Positions 55,052 through 64,000 of a stretch of DNA of 64,000 nt are shown one piece after another. The position numbers and the translations under genes are program-made. The notes beneath the pieces are model-generated. The model did not search any database, was not told the DNA's origin, and was given only the letters and a program-made list of their open reading frames with translations. Location of the stretch: positions 80,726,001 through 80,790,000 of the forward strand of contig CM052816.1 of assembly GCA_028534125.1 (NCBI GenBank), in the 5' to 3' direction. Numbering within the stretch: the first letter of the stretch is position 1; every line of letters begins with the position of its first letter. Source of the stretch: Lama glama. Its lineage: Eukaryota.

Positions 55052-55213
55052 CAGAACCAGCTGCATAATTTGTGGGACCTAGTGTAAAATAAAAATATGG
55101 GGCTCTTTTTTCAAAAATTACTAAGAATTTCAAGATAAGAACAGCAGAGTATTAAACCAAGAGTGAGGCCCTTCTGTGTGTGAGGCCCTATAGGATTTTA
55201 CAGGCTGGCTCTG
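55052..55213 (-). mobile_element. MER45A-like hAT-Tip100 element
   Basis: 'cagctgcataatttgtgggacc...aagaatttcaagat...agcagagtattaaaccaag...ggcccttctg'. Confidence 0.8.
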
Positions 55214-56089
55214 GGTAGAGTATTAGGGGTCAGAAAGGGTCAGAAGATGTCAGAAGATGGGGTTTTAGTTTTGACTCTGTCATAACACAGCTGTATGATC
55301 ACTGACTGGGCCACCTCTTTTTCATCTCTGAAACAGGAAGTTGAATTAAATGGTCCCTAAGAGTCTCTCTAATGCCAAGTCCTTTGATTATGTGACTCAT
55401 TTGTAAATTCTTGAAGGCAAACAGCTCAGTGCTTATTAACACATTAACTATTCATTTTGAATCCCATCCCCCAAACATATATACACATTCAAAGCTCAAT
55501 TATAGATAGTGGGACACCTTCTCCACCAGATGTTTTCGATAACCTCTGTCCTTTCCGTTATAGTTTCGGTGACAGATGAGAGATGAAGAAAGGCCTTCAG
55601 GTTCTCACCATGAGGAAGGTGAAAGCAAGATTAAAAGACTAACGTTGCTCTTAGAAGAACAAAGGAATTTCGTTTAAAATGGCCAGTCATTTCCTTTGAG
55701 GCCTCATTTAGTTTTGGCATGTATGCTTTCTGCATTATCTAACTATGTATTTTTATAGTTATTTGTCTTGGTGTTGAATAATAAGTGTCATTACTATGGA
55801 AACTGCTTTGTTGCATCAGGCTTTGTTTGAGATAAAGTAGAAGAACACATGCTTTTCACAGTGCCTTGTTAACCTCTTTATTTTCATGGATAAAATGAAA
55901 ACCAGAGCTAGGTCCCTGGTATTAACCACTGCTTTTAAAGCAACATAAAAAGCTAAATTACCAAGTGCACCACAGGTCACTGGATTCACAAAAAACATTC
56001 AGGACTGCTGATGACCTCTCTTGTTCTTAAACATTTTTAGACAAGACATTTTCCAAATATCCTCACCCTTTCCACATTTTTTAAGGAAG

Positions 56090-57166
56090 ATTTTTTATTT
56101 GTACAGAGTTCTACAAGTTTTGACAAATGCATGAAATTGTGTAACCACAACCACAATCAGGATACAGAGCAGTTCCATCGTCTCCCACCAAATTTCCTAT
56201 GCTAACCCTTTGCAGTTAAGCCCTCCTCCCATCTTAACTCCTAGAAACCACTGCTCTCTTCTCCATCCCTATAGTTGTACCTTTCCCAGAATGTCATATA
56301 AATAGAATCTGGCTTAGTAAAATGCACTTGAGATTTATCCACGTTATTGTGGGTATGGTCTGTTCCTTTTTATTGTTGAGTAGTATTCACTTGTATGGAT
56401 GTACCATATTTTATTTACTCATTCATCAGTTAAGAGACATTTGGGTTGTTTTCAGTTTGGAGTAATAACTGGTAATTCTGCTATAAAACTTATGCACATG
56501 AATTTATGTTTTCATGTCACCTGCGTAAATATCAAGGAGTGAGATTGTTGGGTCATGTTGTTAAGTGTATGTTTCAAGTTCAAACTCTTCCCAAAGTGAC
56601 TGTGCAATTTTGCCTTCTCACTGACAATGATTTATTTGCTCTTCATCCTTGTCAATTGATATTGTAAGTAGGTAAGCTAATGAGTAAATAATGATATTCC
56701 TTACAGCCTTAGTTTACATTTCCCAAATGGTCAGTGATTATGAGCATATTTTCACATTCATATGATCCATCCCTATTTCTCCTTTGGTGAAATTTCTATT
56801 CAAGTATTTTTGCCATTTGTGAAAGTTGGGTTGTTTTATTATTGTTTAGTTTTGTGTGCTCTTTGTATGTTCTAGATATAAGGTCTTTGTTAAAAATGTG
56901 ATTTGGAAATATTGTTTCCCAGCCTGTTGCATTTCTTTTCAACCTCTTAATAGTGTCTTTTACAAAGAAAAAGTTTTAAATTTTGACGAAGCCATATTTA
57001 TCAGTTTTTTAAAATGCATTCTGCTTTTGGCTTTTTATCTAAGAACTTGCTGCCTAACTCGAGGTCTCAAAAATTTTCTCCTATGTTTTACTCTAAAACA
57101 TAAAACATAGTTTTATGTTTTACATTTAAGTATATGGTCCAGTTTGAATTAATTTGTATTAATTTG
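56090..57166 (-). mobile_element. Old L1M 3' end (host of the young L1)
   Basis: L1 3'UTR and ORF2-end motifs. Homology resumes at 61411. Confidence 0.8.
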
Positions 57167-57355
57167 CAAGTTTGTATTCTATGTCTATGAGTCTATTTCT
57201 GTTTTGTATTTATGCTTTGTTTGTTTTTTTGTTTGTTTTTATATTCCACATATGAGTGATCTCATATGGTATTTTTCTTTCTCTTTCTGGCTTACTTCAC
57301 TTAGAATGACATTCTCCAGGAGCATCCATGTTGCTGCAAATGGCATTATGTTGTC

Positions 57356-57855
57356 NNNNNNNNNNNNNNNNNNNNNNNNNNNNNNNNNNNNNNNNNNNNN
57401 NNNNNNNNNNNNNNNNNNNNNNNNNNNNNNNNNNNNNNNNNNNNNNNNNNNNNNNNNNNNNNNNNNNNNNNNNNNNNNNNNNNNNNNNNNNNNNNNNNNN
57501 NNNNNNNNNNNNNNNNNNNNNNNNNNNNNNNNNNNNNNNNNNNNNNNNNNNNNNNNNNNNNNNNNNNNNNNNNNNNNNNNNNNNNNNNNNNNNNNNNNNN
57601 NNNNNNNNNNNNNNNNNNNNNNNNNNNNNNNNNNNNNNNNNNNNNNNNNNNNNNNNNNNNNNNNNNNNNNNNNNNNNNNNNNNNNNNNNNNNNNNNNNNN
57701 NNNNNNNNNNNNNNNNNNNNNNNNNNNNNNNNNNNNNNNNNNNNNNNNNNNNNNNNNNNNNNNNNNNNNNNNNNNNNNNNNNNNNNNNNNNNNNNNNNNN
57801 NNNNNNNNNNNNNNNNNNNNNNNNNNNNNNNNNNNNNNNNNNNNNNNNNNNNNNN
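57356..57855. other. Assembly gap (500 N) inside L1
   Basis: Run of N between the L1 inter-ORF spacer and the ORF2 C-terminus. Confidence 0.95.
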
Positions 57856-58197
57856 CTTTGTTTCTTTCTTCTTCCTTTTGTGGTTTGGTAATTTTCCTTT
57901 GTATTATCATGGATTTTATTTAGTTTTTGTGACTTCCTTGTAAGTTTTTGGCTTGTGGTTACCCTTTTCTGTAAGTCTGTTAGCCCATTACTATATCTCG
58001 AACCCATCCTACTGAAAACAAAGAATTTTTTAAAGAAAGAAAAGAAAATACTCTATATTTTCTTGCTTCCCTCTCCCACTCTTAATGGTTTAGATGTCTT
58101 CTTTTACAATTTCATGTTTATTTTATTTGTAATTCATGAGTTATCACCTTTCCAGTTATGAGTTTCTCATTTCTGTAGCATCCTGCTGCTTTTCTAT

Positions 58198-59096
58198 TTA
58201 GAGTAGACCTTTCAATATTTCTTTTAGCATGGGTTTAGTGTTGTTAAACTCTTTCAGTTTTTGCTTGTCTATGAAGTTCTTTATCTCTCCTTCTATCCCA
58301 AAGGATAGCCTTGCTAGATAAAGTATCCTAGGCTGCATCTTTATTTCATTCAGGACTTTGAATATATCTTGTCACTCCCTTCTGGCCAGTAGTGTTTGTG
58401 TAGAGAAATCAGCTGAGAGCCTTATGGAGGTTCCCTTATAACTCACTCTTTGCTTTTCTCTTGCTGCCTTTAGGATCATTTCTTTATTCTTGACTCTGGC
58501 CATCTTGATTATGATATGTTTTGGTGTGGGTCTGTTTGGGTTCTTCGTGTTTGGGACCCTTTGAACTTCCTGTATTTGGATATCTGATTCCTTCTTTAAG
58601 TTTGGGAAGTTTTCAGTCATGATTTCTTCTCCTTTTCAGTCCCCTTTGTTCTTTCTTCCCCTTCTGGGACCTGTATTATGTGAAGATTGGCACGCTTTAT
58701 ATTATCCCATAGGTCCCTTATGCTGTTTTCATTTGTTTTTATTTGTTTATCTTGCAGTTGTTCTGATTGTGTGCTTTCTATTGTCCTGTCTTCTAGGTCA
58801 CTTATTTGTTCCTCTGCATTGTCTAGTCTGCTTTGCACAGCCTTTAGATCAATTCTCATCTCAGCCAGTGAGTTTACCAGTTCTACTTGGTTCTTCTTTA
58901 TAGCTTCAGTTTCATTTTTGACATATTTTGTATCTCTAAACACTATCTCTTTTAGTTCCTTCAGTACTTTGATCACTCCTTTTTTGAAATCTTGATCTAG
59001 TAGGCTATCAATGTCTATTTCATTGATTGTTCTTTCAGGGGATTTCTCTTGTTCTTTTAATTGGGAATGGTTTCTCTGCTTCTTCATCTTGTTCAT
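58198..59096 (-). pseudogene. Disrupted L1 ORF1p
   Basis: Coiled-coil region ...SRLDNAEEQISDLED...LWDNIKRANL, frameshift near 58620, TGA at 58372-58374, C-terminus ...LKEILKGLL* ending at 58198. Confidence 0.9.
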
Positions 59097-59230
59097 ATCT
59101 CTCTGGCACTGTGGCTTATGGAGTATCAGTTATCTATTGTGGTCCTTAAACAAGTTTGTTTATTTATCTATCTAATGCCTATGTAGGAATAAAACAAAAA
59201 AAAAAAAAGAGAGAGAGAGAGAGAGAAAGA

Positions 59231-60235
59231 GAATTTTAAAAGAAGGGAGAAGAAAAGGTTTAAAAACAGTTTATAATCAATTATAGAAGAGAAATTTGAA
59301 TCAGATTAGCATTCGAGTTGAGATGTCTTTTTAAAAACCCTTAAAAAAAAGGAATAAAGATCAAAAAATGATATTTTAAACCTACTGATAATCAATAACA
59401 GGAGATCAAAACCAAAAGAAATGAAATCAGGTGGATTAAAAAAATAACTACTTTAAAAAAATTTAAAAAGGAATTAAAACTAGAAGCATATACAATTGTT
59501 TAGAAAGGAGAAATTAAAAATGTAATAAAAATAAAACAGATAAAAGATAAAATAGAGAATTTTAAAAGAAGGGAGAAAAAAAGGTTTGAAAACAGTTTAT
59601 GCTCAATTATAGAAGAGCAATTTGAATCAGACTAGCATTCTAGTTGAGGCATCTTTTTTAAAACCCTTAAAAATAAGGAAAAAAGATAAAAAATGATATT
59701 TGAAACCTACTTATAATCAAAAACAGGAGATCAAAACCAAAAGAAATGAAAATGAAATCTGGTGGATTTTTAAAAAAAATAATAATATAACTACTTTATA
59801 AGAAAAATTTAAAAGGAATTAAAACTAGAAGCATATACAATTGTTTAGAGAGTAGAAGTTGAAAAGGTAATAAAATAGAACAGATAAAAATACGATAAAA
59901 AGAATTTTGAAAAAGGGGAGAAAAAAAGGTTTGAAAACAGTGTATAACGAATAATTGAAGAACAAGTTGAAGCAGAATAGCAATCGGGTTGAGACGTCTC
60001 TTAAAGACCTTTAAAAAAGGAGAAAAGAGGAAAAAAATATATTTGAAACCTGTGTATAATCAATAACAGGAGATCAAAACCAAGAGAAATAAAAATGACA
60101 TGATGTGGATTTTTTAAAATAATAATAATATTACTTTAAAAGAAAAATTTAAAAGGGATTAAAACTGGGAGGATATATAATTGTTTCAAAAGTAAAAATT
60201 AAAAAGATAATAGAAAATACAACAGGTAAAAACAA
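59231..60235. repeat. Three diverged tandem ~330-345 bp repeats in the L1 5'UTR
   Basis: Units start 'gaatttt.aaa.aagggaga' at 59231, 59557 and 59902 and share 'aacaggagatcaaaaccaa' and 'aattaaaact.g'. Confidence 0.9.
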
Positions 60236-61410
60236 ATTTTTAAAAAAAGGAGGGGTGTTCTCCTGGAGACTGGGTGCTCTCAATGAGAAGTCTTTCTGTC
60301 CTCACCCTGTTTCGTGAACTCAGCTTGCTGTTTCCAGAGGCCCTCCGTTGGTGCCCTCCTCTGTGCTGCTCCCAGTGCCTGTCGACAAGCAGATCGCACC
60401 CCCTCCCAGCACTGGGTCAGGTGCAGCGTTCCTGCCCTAATGGCGGGGGGCCACCCGCCATCCCCTGACGCCAGTCCCTCCACAGCTCTGTGCCGCTAAG
60501 TGCTCCATCCCACTGCACGCTCTGCCCCTCTGTCGGTGCTAGGCAGGCTGCCCCGGAAGACCGCGAAACAGCCCCGCCCCTGCTCCCTGCCCAAACTCAG
60601 TTCCTTGTTTGTCCTGGCGGTGTGAACTTTGTGAGGCACCAGGGCGAAAGGATCCTATCTGACTCCGGCTACAAACAAGTCACTGTCTGGCCTTTCAGGC
60701 TGCCGAGCCCCCAGGCGCGGATTCAGGTTTTGACCCCGCGCCCACCTGGGTACCAAGCGCTGGAGGATATGGCAGCAGTGCCTGAGCCCCGCCTCTCCTC
60801 CCCGAAAACCTTCAGTGGGTTTTCAGAGATGGGGGTATGCACCCTTCCCCCTAGGGCATATCAGCCGTGTTGTTTTATGGAGGACCCAGGTTGTTCTGCC
60901 CTGTGCATCCACAGCCACACCCTTGCAGTCTCCCGGGGCTGCCTCAGTGCAGCTGTCCCCATCCTCTGCCCTGCTCGGGCAGCCTGTCCTGGCCCCCAGC
61001 TGCCGGCTCGGGACTCGGGCTGGTTGTGGCAGGGACCCTCTGTGCCGGTTCAACCCAGTTCTGTTGGTCAAGGGCTGCTCCTTACAGATCCGAGCCTCGG
61101 AGGCTTCCCCTCCATCCCGCTGGCCTCTCCGTTGGAGAGGGGAAACCCAGTGAACAAGCGCTAGTCCTTCTTTGCCGCTTCCTCCCCGCGGGACCTGTCC
61201 CGCAATGTTTTGCCTTTTCTTCTTTCTTTTTTTCCTTTCTCCTACCAGATTTTTGGCGTCTTTGTCTTTTGAAGAGGACGATGTTCTGTTGGAGTTCCGC
61301 AGGTGCTCTGGTTGGCTGAGTGGGTCTGTGGATGTGAGTCTTGGTGTATCTGTGGGAGAGGGTGAGCCACTAGTGTCCTACTACTCCGCCATCTTGGCCT
61401 CGTCCCCTCC

Positions 61411-62040
61411 ATTTACATTTTAAAATAAGCTTGTCTATGTGTATAGAAAAACATTCTGGGATGTGGCTTGGGATTGCATTGAATCTATAGATAAATCTGG
61501 TAAGAAACAACATTTTATCAATATTGAGTCTTTCAATCCATGAACATTAATTTAGGTCTTTTAAAAATTTCTTCCATCAGTATTTTGTGGTTTTTAGCAA
61601 ATCCTGAACATATTTGTGTGCAATTATAGCTAAGTAATTTTTGGTGCTATTAAAAATGGCATATATTTTGCTTCAATTTGAATTTCCAGTGGTTCATTGC
61701 TAGTGTATAGAAACACAATTGATTTTCTATATTTATCTTCTGTCTGTGACATTGCTAAACTCATTCCCCAGTTTGTGCCACCTTCAGGTTAAACCTGGAA
61801 TAAATTTCTCCACTCCAAATAAATGAAATAATAAAAAACAGGAACTTCACAGTCCATGTACAGGGTATTCTTCAAGTTTTTTACTTCAGTCTCCAGGCCA
61901 TCATTTGCTTACAACTGCTTTTGTTTCTTTTTTAGAATTTTCAGGTACTTCCTTTTTGTATTTTGTTCAAAATTTTTAGCTGTGATCACTGGGAAATCTA
62001 GGTTTTAATAGTTTACTCTATCTTTGCTAGCTTCAGAAGT
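61411..62040 (-). mobile_element. Continuation of the old L1M (ORF2 fragment plus 5' relic)
   Basis: 'gggattgcattgaatctatagataaat...aatattgagtctttcaatccatgaaca' is L1 ORF2 antisense. Confidence 0.8.
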
Positions 62041-62349
62041 CTACAAATTCCATTTTTACTGAAGTTTAAAGCTTAATATTTACTCTCAATAAGTATCCCA
62101 CCCCCATTTCTAATGTAAAATGTGTCATCTGTAGTAGAAGCCTGTTTTCTGTATTGTTGGAGGCAAAGGCCATGCCAATCAGAAAAACAGCTTTTATTGT
62201 TGTTGGGATCTAAGGGATGGTTTAATGTAGTCCCCAGCTCCACCTGATACTTACAGGGGCTACCAGATTTTTCAGATCTCTGAGCATTTGATGTGTTGCC
62301 TGAAGCTGATTTGGACATTAAGTGTGCTTTACTCTTTCAGAGTTCAGTC

Positions 62350-63079
62350 ACATGGTGCTATGAAAACTGAATATGCACATGCAGAAGAATAAAATTGAAC
62401 CCCTGCCTCACACCATATACAAAAATTAACTCAAAATATAAGAACTATAACTCTATAAACATCTTAGGAGAAAATACAGGAGTAAGTTTTCATGACCTTC
62501 AGTTAGGCAAAGCCTTCTTAGATATTACACCAAAAGCATGAACAGAGAAAAAAAAAACAGGTAAATTGGACTTCACCAAAATAAAAACTTTTGTGCTTTA
62601 AATGATAACTTCAAGAAAGTTAGAAGACATCCACAGACAGAGTGGGAGAAAATATTTGCAAACTATATATTTGATAAAGCACTTGGGTCTAGAATATATG
62701 AATTCTTAACAACTTAACAATTAAAAAGATGACTCATACAAAATGGGCAAAGGATATGAACAGACTTCTTCAAGAAAGGTCTACCAATGCCAATAAGCTC
62801 ATGAAAAGATGGTCAACATGATTAGCCAGCAAGGAAATGTAAATAAAAACCACAACAACACACTACTTCATATCCACTAGGATGGTTATAATAAAAAAGA
62901 CATTATAATAAGTGTTGGTAAGAATGTAGAGAAATTGGAACTCTCATATACTGTTGATAGGAGTGTAAAATAGTACAATTACTTTGGAAAACAGTCTGCC
63001 AGCTCCTCAAAATAATAAACATATGAAGCTAGCAGCCTCTTCCTAGGTATATATGTCTATATATATATGTATATGTATA

Positions 63080-63111
<32 letters not shown>

Positions 63112-63680
63112 CCCAAGAGAAATGAAAACATATATTCCCACAAAATCTTGTACATGAATTTTCATAATAATATTCATAATAGCCAAAAAATGACAACTCC
63201 AAATTCATCAACTGATGAATGGATAAAGGATGTGTGATATAGTCATACAAAGGAATAGTATGGTAATAATAAATAAATGAATAAAACAGAGTTAATTTGG
63301 CAATAAAAAGGAATAAAGTACTGATACATGTTATAACATGGATGAACCTTGAAAAAATGTTGCTAAATGAAAGAAGTCAGTCGCAAAACCACATATTATA
63401 TCATGCCATTTATATGAAATGTCCAGAATAGGAAAATCTATAGAGGTAGAAAGGAGATTGGTGGTTACTTAGGACTTGTGGTTGTGGAGAAATGGCGAGT
63501 GACTAATGGGTATGGGGTTTCTTTTTTGAGGTAATGGCAATGCTCTAAAATTGACTGTGGTGATGGTTGCACAATTCTGTGAGTAACCCCAAAACCACTG
63601 AACTATACTCTTTAAGGATGAATTGAATGGTGTGTGAATTGTATCTCAGTAAAGCAGCTTTTTTTTTAAAAAAAAGGAAC
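62350..63680 (+). mobile_element. L1M (L1MB-like) 3' ORF2 and 3'UTR with A-tail remnant
   Basis: 'cctcacaccatatacaaaaattaactcaaaat...atggatgaaccttgaaa...gtgatggttgcacaattctgtg...gtgtgaattgtatctcagtaaagc'. Confidence 0.9.
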
Positions 63681-63710
63681 ACAAAAAAATGAGAGGAAGT
63701 AGAAGAAGTC

Positions 63711-63896
63711 CGTAGTCATTTTCTAAGTCTCTTGTAACAAATTACCACAAACTAGGTGGCTTAAAACAATAGAGATTTATTCTTTCAAAGTTTTGAAGGC
63801 TCGAAGCCCAGAATCAATTTTACTAGGCTGAAATTAAGGTGTTGGCAATGCTGCCCTCCCTGCAGAGAGTCTGGGAGAAACTTTGTCCTTCACTTT
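63711..63896 (-). mobile_element. MLT1 LTR fragment, apparently interrupted by another LTR starting ~63897
   Basis: 'tgtaacaaattaccacaaactaggtggcttaaaacaatagagatttattct'. Confidence 0.75.
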
Positions 63897-64000
63897 TGTG
63901 AAAATGCATTAAGGAAACCTAACTCAAAATTGGATTTGGGAAGCCATGAAGGGTGGGCTTCCACACACATGCTACTCATGGCAGCTTGCACAGTCCTGCA

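Larger units (their letters stand above)
57167..61410 (-). mobile_element. Young camelid-type L1: 5'UTR, ORF1, spacer, gap, partial 3' end
   Basis: 5' end has YY1 CAAGATGGCGG (61386-61396) and a GC-rich promoter (60250-61410). ORF1 peptides are present. ORF2 C-terminus IMPFAATWMLLENVILSEVSQKEK lies at 57239-57355. Confidence 0.95.

Noticed and set aside
59231..60235. CRISPR-like or novel satellite array
   Set aside because: Eukaryotic context, no repeat-spacer structure, and it lies inside an L1 5'UTR.

Overview
This is mammalian genomic DNA, very probably camelid: there is a Vic-1-type tRNA-derived SINE at ~3.2 kb and a young camelid-type L1 at 57-61 kb. I find no intact protein-coding gene. 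The main elements are (i) a small CpG-rich promoter at ~4.9-5.3 kb with ETS, GC-box and YY1 motifs. It probably drives a + strand spliced transcript (a lncRNA or a gene with a long 5' intron) with several candidate exons downstream, and I could not identify the gene. (ii) A full-length, disabled GAPDH processed pseudogene (minus strand, ~49.07-50.37 kb) with target-site duplications (TSDs). (iii) A lineage-specific L1 with 5'UTR, tandem repeats and a broken ORF1, whose ORF2 is missing or hidden in a 500-N gap. (iv) Several solo LTRs, one with a strikingly intact NF-Y/octamer/TATA promoter layout. (v) Many ancient repeats (MIR, L2, CR1/L3, MLT, hAT/MER). One of the two assembly gaps looks like a false gap. 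I see no convincing previously undescribed biological system. The best leads are regulatory or non-coding (promoter and exons, LTR promoter, repeat-poor blocks) plus small mutational footprints. Repeat family names come from recalled consensus sequences, and their boundaries are approximate.
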